Position numbers and translations under genes: made by a program. Positions 1 to 11,887 of a stretch of 64,000 nucleotides of DNA are shown here, piece after piece. Source of the stretch: Macrostomum lignano (Eukaryota); assembly GCA_002269645.1 (NCBI GenBank), contig NIVC01001392.1, positions 124,001-188,000 of the forward strand, given 5' to 3'. Every line of letters starts with the position of its first letter. Positions within the stretch are counted from its first letter, which is position 1. The notes beneath the pieces were generated by a model. That model saw only the letters and a list, made by a program, of their open reading frames with translations, did not search any database and had not been told where the DNA came from.

Positions 1-2460
1 GTTTGACATGGTGGCTCTTTTATGTTTGGCATGGTGGCTCTTTTATGTTTAACATGGTGGCTCTTTAATGTTCGACATGGTGGCTCTTTAATGTTTGACA
101 TTGAGTCACGTAAATGTTTGACATGATGGCCCTTTTATATTTTACATGGTAGCTCTTTTATATTTTACATGGTGGCTCTTTATGTTTGACATGGTGTCTC
201 TTCTATGTTTGACATGGTGGCTCTTTAATGTTCGCCATGGTGGCTCTTTTATGTTTGACATGGTGTCTCTTCTTTGTTTGACATGGTGGCTAAGTTGTTT
301 GACATTTGGCTCTTTAATGTTTGACATTGAGTCACGTATACGTTTGACATGATGGCGCTTTAATGTTTGACATGGAGTCACGTATATGTTTAAAATGGTG
401 GCTCTTTTATGTTTGGCATGGTGACTCTTTTATGTTTGACATGGTGGCTCTTTAATGTTCGACATGGTGGCTCTTTAATGTTTGACATTGAGTCACGTAC
501 ACGTTTGACATGATGGCTCTTTTATATTTTACATGGTAGCTCTTTTGTATTTTACATGGTGGCTCTTTAATGTTCGACATGGTGGCTCTTTAATGTTTGA
601 CATGGTGGCTCCTTAAGGTTTGACATTAAGTCACGTATATGTGGCTGTTTTATGTTTGACATGATGGCTTTTGTAAATTTGACATGGTGGCTCTTTTATG
701 TCTGACATGGTAGTTCTTTTATGTTTGACATAGTGGCTCTTTACTATTTGAGATTGAGTCACGTGTATGTTTCACATGGTGGCTCTTTTATGTTCGACAT
801 GGTGGCTCTTTAATGTTTGACGTGGTGGCTCTTTAATGTTTGACATGATGGCTCTTTAATGTTTGACATGGTGGCTCTTTAATGTTTGACGTGGTGGCTC
901 TTTAATGTTTGACATGATGGCTCTTTAATGTTTGACATAGTGGCTCTTTAATGTTCGACATGGTGGCTCTTTAATGTTTGACGTAGTGGCTCTTTAATTT
1001 TTGACATGGTGGCTCTTTAATGTTTGACATGGTGGCTCTTTAATGTTTGTCATGGTTGCTCTTTAATGTTTGACATGCTGGCTCTTTAATGTTCGACATG
1101 GTGGCTCTTTAATGTTCGACATGGTTGCTCTTTTATGTTTGACATGGTGGCTCTTTAATGTTTGACTTGGTGGCTCTTTAATGTTCGAAATGGTGGCTCT
1201 TTAATGTTCGAAATGGTGGTTTTTTAATGTTTGACATAAAAACACCTATATGTTTGACATAAAGTCACTGATATGTTTGACATAAAGTCACTTTTACGTT
1301 TGACATAGTGGCTCTTTAAAGTTTGACATGGTGGCTCTTTAATATTCTACATGGTGGCTCTTTAATGTTCGACATGGTGGCTCTTTTATGTTTGACATGG
1401 TGGCTATTTAATGTTCGAAATAGTGGCTCTTTAGTGTTTGACACGGTGGCTTTTTAATGTTCGACATAGTGGCTCTTTAATATTCTACATTCTGGCTCTT
1501 TTATGTTCGATATGGTGATTCTTTAATTTTCTTCATGGTGGCTCTTTAATATTCGAAATGGTGGCTCTTTCATGTTCGAAATGGTGGCTCTTTAATGTTC
1601 CACATGGTGGCTCTTTAATGTTTGACATGCTAGCTCTTTAATGTTCGACATAGTGACTCTTTTACGTTTGACATGGTGGCACTTTAATGTTCGACGTGGT
1701 GGCTCTTTAATGTTAGACATGGTGGCTCTTTAATGTTAGACATGGTGGCTCTTTAATGTTCGACATGGTGGCTCTTTAATGTTAGAAATGGTGGCTCTTC
1801 TATGTTTGACATGGTGGCTCTTCTATTTTTGACATGGTGGCTCTTTAATGTTCTACATGGTGGTTCTTTAATGTTCGACATGGTGGTTATTTAATGTTTG
1901 ACATGGTGGCTCTTTAATGTTTGACATGGTGGCTCTTTAATGTTCTACATGGTGGCCCTTTAATGTTCGACATGGTGGCTCTTTACTGTTAGACATGGTG
2001 GCTCTTTAATGTTCGATATGGTGGCACTTTAATGTTTGACATCATGCCAGATTTATGTTTAACATGGTGGCTCTTTAATGTTCTTCATGATGTAGCTCTT
2101 TTATGTTACACATGGTGGCACTTTAACGTTCGACATGGTGGCTCTTTAATGTTTGACATAAAGTCACATATATGTTTGACATGGTGGCTCTTTTATGTTC
2201 GACATGGTGGCTCTTTTATGTTCGACATGGTGGCTCTTTAATGTTTGACATGGTGGCTCCTAATTGTTTGACATGGTGGCTCTTTAATGTTCAAAATGGT
2301 GGCTCGTTAATGTTCGAAATGGTGGCTCTTTAATGTTCGAAATGGTGGCTCTTTTATGTTTGACATGGTGGGTCTTTTATGTTTGACATGGTGGCTCTTC
2401 TATGTTTGACATGGTAACTCTTTTATGTTCGATATGTTGGCTCTTCTATGTTTGACATTG
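1..2460. repeat. 23-bp tandem satellite (GTTTGACATGGTGGCTCTTTWAT), ~105 copies, runs off the window start
   Basis: Period of 23 read directly (unit restarts at 1, 24, 47); interspersed variant monomers GTTTGACATTGAGTCACGTAWAT. Overlapping ORFs are repeat artefacts. Confidence 0.95.
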
Positions 2461-2519
2461 CGCTTCTTTGATGTTTAGCAGTTTTGTTGTGTTTTTAAGG
2501 TGTTTTAATAAAAAAATCT

Positions 2520-2585
2520 TTTTGCACTACTAAGATTCGAACCCAGGTCGCTATATTAGCATTCCAGTCTGTTCGCATCAAGGCT
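2520..2585 (-). mobile_element. degenerate tRNA-derived SINE head fragment
   Basis: GATTCGAACCC on + reads GGGTTCGAATC (B-box/T-loop) on -; no foldable tRNA. Confidence 0.35.
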
Positions 2586-3099
2586 ATCTCTTTTCAATTG
2601 GAGAACATGAATTGTGGCCCTTATAATTCAATTCTTACAGCAAGTCAATTGGAGTAAAAAGTTATGACATAATCAATTTCTCAGTCAGCCAGTATCAGTC
2701 TCACTTCAAGTTAGCAATATGGTTACGCAATCTAAATCATGTCGTGTGTGCATTTCTTCGGCACTGTTTTCTACTTGTTGTGATGCAATCTTTATCACAA
2801 TCGGAATTCAGTCAGTCAGTTTTTTCTCTAGCATTCTTACAATGCATCTCAAGTCGAAAATTTTGCGTGACCTTTGCAAAAAAGCATGTTTTTCGAATAT
2901 TTAATCCCTTTAACATTGAGCAATTTCTTAGCCAAGATGCATGTACCGTCCCAGGAAAATTTCTGATCGAATGGTGCAAGTTTGAAGAAAATCGGTTGAG
3001 CCAATTTTTCTGAAATCTATCGCATACCCACAGACAACTCATTTTTAGTATATAGGAAGGATGCACACTTTGCGTACAAAAAAACCCTGGCCTACAACA

Positions 3100-4227
3100 T
3101 AGTGCAACAGCTGATCTCTGCTAGGCCCCTATCATGGCACTGTATCAAGACACCACCACCGCAGTAGTGATGCCAGATGGATCATTGGACCTATTTAGCA
3201 TGACCTCTGGAGTGCTATAGGGTAACACTTTGGTGCCCTTTCTCTTTGTGCTGGTGATGGACTAGGTGCTTAGGACTAGCCTACCAACAACAGAGGATAG
3301 TTTTCTGCTGCAAAGGCACACCATTAGACGGCACCTAGAGAAAAAACTATCTGTCCTTGGCTATGTGGACAACCTTGCCCTGCTGTCTTCGACAGCCAAA
3401 GGTGCCTAATGGCTGCTGAACAGCCTGACTATGGCGGCAGCAAGGGTCAGTCTTGTCATCAATGCCAAGAAGACCAAGGTGCTGATGGTGCCACATGATC
3501 AACCCGCTGAGATTCAACTTTGAGATGATAACAGCCCTGGGATAGCACTCCCAAAGTGCTTTCAGTTTGTCTACCTTGGAGGACTGGTGCTTGACATCAG
3601 TGAAAACCCAGCAAGATGGCGTGGCAAGGCCTGGGCTGCCTTCTAATCTGTGCAGGCAGTGCTACTTTCTAATGCCCTGTCCAACGGCGCCAGGTCTCAG
3701 CTATTCTAGGCAGTTGTTAAGACTGCCCTGCTGTACAATGCTGAGACTTGGATGCTGACTAGGGCGCTTGAGGCGCAGCTTGATGCAGTCATGCGGAGCA
3801 TGCGGCCCTAGGCCCCTAGTCTGCGCCATTTTTGGCACCCGCCATGGCCTTGGTAGCGAGACAACTAAGTCCCTATATAAGCGCATAGGCCTAAGCCCTA
3901 ATGCGGCCTTTTGCCCCGCTAAGTCAACAGCGCCTGCAGCTTGCCAGACATGTCATTCGGGCCAAAGCCTACTGCCCAGAGCCACTGCAGGACGTCCTGC
4001 TATGGAACCCACAGGGACCACGCAGGCATGGCCAGGGACAATCAGCCCACTATATCAATTGCCTTTTTGAAGATACACGAGCTGCAAGCACCCAGCCAGG
4101 TGGCCGGTGTGAAGTATGTTAGAGACCTAGCTCTGAGAGGCGCGATTTGATGCTCCCCCCTCTTGGCCACTCCTGTGGCTGGTGTGGCCGTGGGGTGTAA
4201 CTAGGCCCTATTATTATTATTATTATT
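3100..4227 (+). mobile_element. 5'-truncated RTE-like non-LTR retrotransposon relic (RT pseudogene), heavily C>T/G>A mutated
   Basis: One frame over ~3149-3790 reads GVL*GNTLVPFLFVLVMD*VLR ... LGYVDNLALLS ... FVYLGGLV ... LLYNAETWMLT, matching RT motifs GVLQGDTLAP, YADD, F.YLG and LLY..ETWTL. Six in-frame stops; (TAT)n tail at 4209-4227. Confidence 0.9.
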
Positions 4228-5531
4228 GTTAGGGGCTATAATATGTTAATACATTTTTTCAAATTAAGGTCTAGGAACCATTGGCCTACTTATGACTCAT
4301 GGGCTTACTCATCTAATAATTGATAGGCTTAATTCACACTTATAAGATTTTTATATTCCACACTTATTCATTAATTTTTTTAACTTTTTACACATAAGTT
4401 TCATGAAAATTGTAGGCCTAGTCATAGTCATTCTTATTTTACCTAGGAGGTACCAACAGACCATTCATTATAGCATAATGGAAAAAATATGAAGCAAGTT
4501 CACATTTGTAAAAAATCAGAACATTAATGTTTATTTTATCTGCAGTCTGCATGTAGAATGCAATGCATTATTATTCAAGACATTGTTTCTTGGAATAATT
4601 GATGCGTAATATTTTATGTTTTAAAATCTGGCTAATTTAGAAGTATTAACAAATGCTCCTTGCTGTAATTTTCAGTTAGCCTAGAACGAACAAAAGACAG
4701 TAAATATGTTTTATTTATTTACATTCTATATATATCTGCAAAATATATTGCTTGTTGCATGCGCTGATTGTTAGGGTAAGCCGTTGTTAAACGCTGTAGT
4801 AGTGCGGCTAAATTGCTTTTCATTCATAATTTGAATAAAAATTCAAGTCTGGCATGCACTAATTTAAATATTTAAAATCCAATGCACCTATTATAAATTC
4901 CTAAAGTTCAGTGGGATTTTAAGCAGTCACATGTCGATTGTCGGTGTTATTATTTGCCGTTGGAACCGCCGTAGGAACCCATGCAAGTGCGCATGCATGT
5001 AATGTTACTATTACTATATATATACATATACTAGCTCTGTATCGTTAAGACTAAATAGAAAAACTTACTGCCTTTGCGTCTGATTTATTTGAATTCCCTG
5101 CATATGAAGCATAGTTATTAGTACGCAGCATTTTATTTTTTCGGATGCAATCATTTTACTGCACTCATTAATGTTAATTTACATAAATATAAATACATTT
5201 GGGTAAAGTCACTTGACAAAACTGTTTTGATTGGTCTCTCGACTGTATATCCATGCTGGTACAGTACAGCAAAATTGACCCAACGGATCGTTTCGTTAGA
5301 ATTAATTATATAGTGCATAGCGTGTGTAGTCTTTTTTGACATTATAAAAACACAAATGTTCCAATATTATACGCATACAATTATTGCTATATAAACCTTA
5401 ACTTTATACTGTAAATTTATCGGTAGCAAAAAACATTTCACTTCAGTTAGTTTGAGTCGCGAGTTCACAGTTCTACTCTCTGCAACCTCTCGGTATCGAA
5501 TTGCAGTCGAATCAATTAAGTTTGCAGAAAT

Positions 5532-5571
5532 TTAAACATAGTCAGAGCGCTGACTGCCAGCCTCACGCGAC
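5532..5571 (-). CDS. putative terminal exon of the acidic repeat protein gene
   Basis: Acceptor CACTCACAG, phase 2 matching the donor at 5731; reads (G)SREAGSQRSDYV*. Confidence 0.35.
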
Positions 5572-5731
5572 CTGTGAGTGGTTCAGGGGGGAATGACTGT
5601 CAGTTTATACTCGCATGCTGATAAAAGTAGTAAAATGAGGTAATAATATAGTAGACTGATCGATCAGCCTATGTAAAAAGCCTCCGTAGTACTGAAGTAT
5701 ATAATTTAGAATCTGCTACATATGTACATAC

Positions 5732-6540
5732 CCAACGCACTTTTTGTCGTCGCCCGATGAGTTCAGTTTGATAGCATCGTGGGAAGCATTTGCTTCATCA
5801 TCAGCTGTGGATGAAGAGTTTTTAGCCTGTGGAGCTGTCTCATTAGCGGTTTCAGCCTCCGGAACAGCCACTCCAATGGTTGCAGTTTCCAGAACAGCCT
5901 CATCAACGGTTCCAGTTTCCAGAGCAGCGTCATCAACGGTTCCAGTTTCCAGAACAGCCTCATCAACGGTTCCAGTTTCCAGAGCAGCGTCATCAACGGT
6001 TTCAGTTTCCAGAACAGCCTCATCAACGGTTCCAGTTTCCAGAACAGCCTCATCAACGGTTCCAGTTTCCAGAACAGCCTCATCAACGGTTCCAGTTTCC
6101 AGAGCAGCCTCATCAACGGTTCCAGTTTCCAGAACAGCCTCATCAACGGTTCCAGTTTCCAGAGCAGCCTCATCAACGGTTCCAGTTTCCAGAGCAGCGT
6201 CATCAACGGTTTCAGTTTCCAGAGCAGTCTTATAAAAAATTTCAGCTTTCGAAGCAGCCTCATCAAGCGGCTCGCGCCGATTCAGACTTTCTTTTTGTTT
6301 GTCCTCCTCAGAATCATTTCGTCCACTCGAACCTCGGGCCGGCTCGAACTCCTGGCCGCTGTCGTCTCCAGAGTCGCTCTGCAGATCCGCAGAGCCGCCG
6401 AAGCTCTTGCCAGCCTCGCTGAGTCGTTTCCGACGCTTGATCTCCGCCATCACCTTCACCGGATGCGAATCGGGGATGGTGCAAAGCGTTGGATATTGTT
6501 TTTGTGATGATTTCCGCTTGTGCAGTACATGTAGAATGTC
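5732..6540 (-). CDS. internal exon of an uncharacterised acidic protein containing 11+ copies of a 10-aa repeat (ALETGTVDEA)
   Basis: The 247-aa ORF extends upstream without a stop to a phase-0 acceptor (CTAG|GAC at 6540); donor GG|GTATGT at 5731; non-repeat parts look protein-like (KVMAEIKRRKRL, acidic stretches). Confidence 0.55.
5878..6227. repeat. 30-bp coding tandem repeat (TCCAGTTTCCAGARCAGCSTCATCAACGGT), ~11.5 copies
   Basis: Direct period of 30; keeps frame inside the exon. Confidence 0.95.
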
Positions 6541-6589
6541 CTAGGTCTCTATAAAATGCTTAATGGTCGAATAACCTTGAGATTTTTAA

Positions 6590-6935
6590 GCAGCGGACAG
6601 GGGGGATAGTGGGGCAGCGGACAGGGGATAGTGGGGCAGCGGACAGGGGGATAGTGGGGCAGCGGACAGGGGATAGTGGGGCAGCGGACAGGAGATAGTG
6701 GGGCAGCGGACAGGGGGATAGTGGGGCAGCGGACAGGAGGATAGTGGGGCAGCGGACAGGGGGATAGTGGGGCAGCGGACAGGGGGATAGTGGGGCAGCG
6801 AACAGGGGATAGTGGGGAAGCGGAAAGGGATAGTGGGGCAGCGGACAGGGGGATAGTGGGGCAGCGGACAGGGGGATAGTGGGGCAGCGGACAGGGGATA
6901 GTGGGGCAGCGGACAGGGGATAGTGGGGCAGCGGA
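6590..6935. repeat. 22-23-bp G-rich minisatellite (CAGCGGACAGGGGGATAGTGGGG), ~15 copies, intronic
   Basis: Direct periodicity; two G4-5 tracts per unit. Confidence 0.95.
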
Positions 6936-7479
6936 AAGTAATTGTGATCTTGAATGATAAAAGATAAAGACGAGTCTGCTTCGTTTCTTTCAGTCATAAA
7001 ATGTCAACATGTGAATTGCCTTTCACCGGCCGGGTCATGCCAGTTGCAGTTGTTATACATTGGAGAAAACAGACACATTGAATCGGCTAGAATGCGAGGG
7101 GAAGTCGCGGTCGGGTTTAGCAACAGAGTTACTGCTCTCTTGGAGCAGTGACTGCATGCGGCATTCAGCAGATAATTATGGGGTTGTGTATAAGGACTGA
7201 ACATCACAATACAACATCAGGTGGCACTCGGAGCTAGGGATCCTTCCCTCCTATCCTTCGATTTCTCAGATTCTTACTAGCGCATTATTTTTCGAGCAGT
7301 ATAACTGCATCAAAAAGATGGGGTATAGTTCAATGAAGCTTGAAACTGGGGATAAGCTATTGAGCAGCAGTGGAGAGATCGAGCAGCGACAGGTGGAAAT
7401 TCAAGAAAGGGAAAGCTGATTAATTAAAACTGATGCGTGGTTCTGAAATTCTCGAATTTCTTGCTTGTGAAAATCAGAA

Positions 7480-8901
7480 TGGGATTGGCATTGGGATTGG
7501 GGGATTGGGATTGGGGTATTGGGATTGGGATTGGGATTGGGGCATTGGGATTGGGGCATTGGGATTGGGATTGGGATTGGGATTAGGATTGGGATTGGGA
7601 TTGGGATTGGGATTGGGATTGGGGCATTGGGATTGGGGGATTGGGATTGGGGCATTGGGATTGGGGGATTGGGATTGGGATTGGGGGATTGGGATTGGGA
7701 TTGGGATTGGGATTAGGATTGGGATTGGGATTGGGATTGGGGCATTGGGATTGGGATTGGGATTGGGATTGGCATTGGGATTAGGATTGGGATTGGGGCA
7801 TTGGGATTGGGATTGGGATAAGGGCATTGGGATTGGGGCATTGGGATTGTGGGATTGGGATTGGAATTGGGATTGGGGCATTGGGATTGGGGCATTGGGA
7901 TTGGGATTGGGATTGGGATTGGGATTGGCATTGGGATTAGGATTGGGATTGGGGCATTGGGATTGGGATTGGGATTGGGGCATTGGGATTGGGGCATTGG
8001 GATTGGGGCATTGGGATTGGGGGATTGAGATTGGGATTGAGATTGGGATTGGGGGATTGGGATTGGAATTGGGATTGGGATTGGGATTGGGGCATTGGGA
8101 TTGGGATTGGCATTGGGATTGGGATTGGGATTGGGATTGGGATTGGGGCATTGGGATTGGGATTGGGGCATTGGGATTGGGATTGGCATTGGGATTGGGA
8201 TTGGGATTGGGGCATTGGGATTGGGGCATTGGGATTGGAATTGGGATTGGGGGATTGGGATTGGGATTGGGATTGGGATTGAGATTGGGATTGGGATTGG
8301 GATTGGGATTGGGATTGGGATTGGGATTGGGATTGGGATTGGGATTGGGGGATTGGGATTGAGAATTGAGGGATTGGGATTGGGACTGGGATTGGGACTG
8401 GGTTTGGGAATTGGGAATTGGGATTGGGGATTGGAATTGGGATTGGGATTGGGAATTGGGATTGGGATTTGGGGATCGGGATTGGGATTGGGATTGGGAA
8501 TTGGGATTGGGATTGGGGCATTGGGATTGGCATTGGGATTGGGATTGGGATTGGGATTGGGGGATTGGGATTGGGATTGGGATTGAGATTGGGATTGGGA
8601 TTGGGATTGGGATTGGGATTGGGATTGGGATTGAGAATCGAGGGATTGGGATTGGGACTGGGTTTGGGATTGGGAATTGGGATTGGGGATCGGAATTGGG
8701 ATTGGGATTGGGAATTGGGATTGGGATTTGGGGATCGGGATTGGGATTGGGATTGGGATTGGGAATTGGGATTGGGATTGGGATTGGGATCGGGATTGGG
8801 AATTGGGATTGGGATTGGGGATTGGAATTGGGATTGGGAATTGGGATCGGGATTGGGATTAGGATTGGAATTGGGATTGGGATTGACAATTGAATTGGGA
8901 T
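7480..8901. repeat. (GGGATT)n microsatellite with GGGGCATT/GGGAATT variants, ~1.4 kb, intronic
   Basis: Direct reading; the long ORFs across it are low-complexity artefacts. Confidence 0.95.
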
Positions 8902-8933
8902 TAATATTGCCAATGTACCTGTTCAGCTCTCAC

Positions 8934-9245
8934 CTGCATGTCAATGTACTGCTGCAGCACTTTCTTGCTATCCTCGCGCCTCATCCGGTCCCGTTTTCCA
9001 GCCTCCTCGTTGGCGAGCACCTCGGCCCGCTCCATCGGGTTGGTCTCAATCAGCAGGGCGTCCTTGTTAGTCAGCGACTTCTCGTTGTCGTCGTCGGTCT
9101 CCTCGGCTCGGAGTCGCTCCTCTCTGAACCTGTCCAGCTCCTCCAGCTGCCGGTGCACTACCTTCATCCTGGTGCTCACCTCAACTTGGCAATCTTCGCC
9201 AGCAGCCGCTCCCGATTGGTCAGCATCTGTACCGGCTGCCGCCAT
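8934..9245 (-). CDS. first coding exon of an uncharacterised charged protein; probably splices to 6540
   Basis: GC-rich [13 protein letters not shown]...QQYIDMQ; ATG in GTCATGG context; phase-0 donor CAG|GTGAGA at 8933, compatible with the acceptor at 6540. Confidence 0.6.
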
Positions 9246-9394
9246 GACGATGGGGACCTTCTAGACCTGCTGCTGTTGTCGTTTGGGAGCGGCAGAGAGG
9301 AGAATGGGGAGAGAGAGAGAAAAAGCTGTTGGCCAGGTGGCAGAGTTACAGATGAGGTGAGATTTGAAATGAGATACTTGGTAGCGTCTCTCTG

Positions 9395-9806
9395 TCCCCC
9401 TAGACTAGAAGTCCTTGGTACGCAGTCCCTCTCTAGTTAGTCTAAGAAGTCCTTGGTACGCAGTCCCTCTCTAGTTAGTCTAAGAAGTCCTTGGTACGCA
9501 GTCCCTCTCTAGTTAGTCTAAAAAGTCCTTGGTACACAGTCCCTCTCTAGTTAGTCTAAGAAGTCCTTGGTACACAGTCCCTCTCTAGTTAGTCTAAGAA
9601 GTCCTTGGTACACAATCCATCTCTAGTTAGTCTAAGAAGTCCTTGGTACACAGTCCCTCTCTAGTTAGTCTAAGAAGTCCTTGGTACACAATCCATCTCT
9701 AGTTAGTCTAAGAAGTCCTTGGTACACAATCCCTCTCTAGTTAGTCTAAGAAGTCCTTGGTACACAGTTCCTCTCTAGTTAGTCTAAGAAGTCCTTGGTA
9801 CACAGT
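9395..9806 (-). repeat. 38-bp tandem repeat, ~11 copies; variant of the 38.3-46.5 kb satellite in opposite orientation
   Basis: Reverse complement TAGACTAACTAGAGAGGGACTGTGTACCAAGGACTTCT versus the 31-mer TAGACTAGAGAGGGACTGTACCAAGGACTTC. Confidence 0.9.
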
Positions 9807-10655
9807 CTCTCTAGTGCCTCTCCTAAATTCAGCTGAAATACAAATAAAGTACATACTCGTACACTGTTGCGTGAGGCTCGAGCTTACCTGCTGGCTCAAG
9901 CCGGAATCAACCCGAGCAATTCGATGCTTGGCGTTGGCTCTGCTGGGCGGCAATTTTAAGCATGAATATGGATAAAGAGGTGGGGAGACAGGGGGGGGGG
10001 GGGAGGTTGAGATCAAAGCAAATCACATCCCGAAGAGAGGAATGGGCAAGCGCTATGGAGCAGGTAGGTAGGAGGGACGGAATTCGCTAGAAAAGCTTCT
10101 CTTCGAAACAAGTGCCAACAGCCTGAGCTTTACCTGTGCTCACGGCAATAAGCGGGATGTTGCACAAGGCCGAGACTTAAAGCAGCCAGCTGCGGCCTGC
10201 GAGCACTGATTGCTGCTTCTTGTAAAGTTGGAAAGCGAAAGGAAAACACGTGGATGATGGAGGAGAGCAGCCAACAGCGCTCAGCTGACCAGCCTGTAGG
10301 AGGTTGATGAAGAGAAGAAGCTGGCTAGCTGGCTGGATTCCTGCATAGCCGTCACGCCCTGCCTTTTGCTCATCCAAAAAATGCTAATGAAGCAGGAAGT
10401 GCATCGGCCCGTAGTGACTGCACAGATTTGATATGCAGATGCGCTAATCCGGTTGCGACTGAGCTAACATATAATGATGCCATACAAGTACAAACCCCAG
10501 GGGCTGCTGGCCATAAAATATTTTGGGATGTTTGTGTGCGAGAATATGGGCGTTCCGAGTACTAGAGACACGTGAACAGCTACTCCATCCTAATGCCGAG
10601 ACTGGAGAGATCCAGTGCGATCGGCTTGGATTTTTCTGACTGTCGGATTTTTTTC

Positions 10656-11044
10656 CGACAGATTGGCCTGACAGATTGGCCTGACAGATTGGCTGCCTGA
10701 CAGATTGGCTGCCTGACAGATTGGCTGCCTGACAGATTGGCTTGACAGATTGGCTGCCTGACAGATTGGCTTGACAGATTGGCTGCCTGACAGATTGGCC
10801 TGACAGATTGGCTGCCTGACAGATTGGCCTGACAGATTGGCTGCCTGACAGATTGGCCTAACAGATTGGTCTGACAGATTGGCCTGACAGATTGGCCTGA
10901 CAGATTGGCCTGACAGATTGGCCTGACAGATTGGCTGCCTGACAGATTGGCTGCCTGACAGATTGGCCTGACAGATTGGCCTGACAGATTGGCTGCCTGA
11001 CAGATTGGTCTGACAGATTGGCTGCCTGACAGATTGGCCTGACA
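10656..11044. repeat. 13/17-bp minisatellite (CTGACAGATTGGC[TGC]C)
   Basis: Direct reading. Confidence 0.95.
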
Positions 11045-11493
11045 TGCAGATTTATAGGCGTAAAGTTGAGTGAGTTCTGTCAGCATTGAGTGGGAAAGGT
11101 ACGTTAAAGATCAGACCAATTATCGTTGGAACCTGGCTGCCAGCTTAAGTCGCACTGCGGGAGAACTGCTCTGATGCACAGAAGCCAGCCGCTTCCATAA
11201 AGTCATTAGCGACAAACAAGATAAGGTAAGCAAACAGTATAAAGAGCTGCTCTCCGGCCTTCATCGCTGATCGCAAATATTGTGACAGGTCAGAAAAAAT
11301 ATTCGATTCGCGTAATCGGCAGGTGATAGATAATGGGCATTCCAGAATGTATTTTGATACAACGAAGTGACAAAAATAAACGGACATACTAGCCACGGTC
11401 AGACAAATCTAAGGTAATAAAAAACTAAGATCGCTTTTCGAAAAATTTCCTACAACAAATTCTGCTCTTAAACAGCTTTGTCCACCTACCTAT

Positions 11494-11680
11494 CCTAGAC
11501 CCTCCGTGTCCTCCCATCCCTGACCTAGACCCTCTGTGTCCACTCTCTGACCTAGACCCTCTGTGTCCACTCTCTGACCTAGACCCTCTGTGTCTACCCT
11601 CTCTGACCCTAGACCCTCTGTGTCTACCCTCTCTGACCTAGACCCTCTGTGTCTATCCTCTCTGACCCTAGACCCTCTGT

Positions 11681-11762
<82 letters not shown>
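11494..11762. repeat. 27-28-bp repeat (CCTAGACCCTCTGTGTCYACYCTCTCTGA), ~7 copies, running into (TC)n
   Basis: Direct reading. Confidence 0.9.
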
Positions 11763-11765
<3 letters not shown>

Positions 11766-11887
11766 TTCTCTCCCTCATCTCCATACAGAATAGTTATACA
11801 AGCGTACTTGTCTCACTTAAATTGTACCTATGAAAACAGTTAATCGTTCAGTAGAATCTTGAGATCAAAAGTTTTCTTAGAGATGAG

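Noticed and set aside
2760-3062. Helitron/Helentron-derived (DINE-1/Lep1-like) 3' end
   Set aside because: Only a loose resemblance (GCAAGTTT..AAAATCGG..CAGAC..TATATAG); no termini or second copy to support it.
7401-8913. Long PIPIP/GLGLG/WDWD ORFs and a possible interstitial telomere
   Set aside because: Hexamer-repeat artefacts; GGGATT is not TTAGGG on either strand.
11145-11396. 83-aa minus-strand ORF with a hydrophobic stretch
   Set aside because: Lacks the GC3 bias of the real genes, has no motif, and gives conflicting splice signals on both strands.
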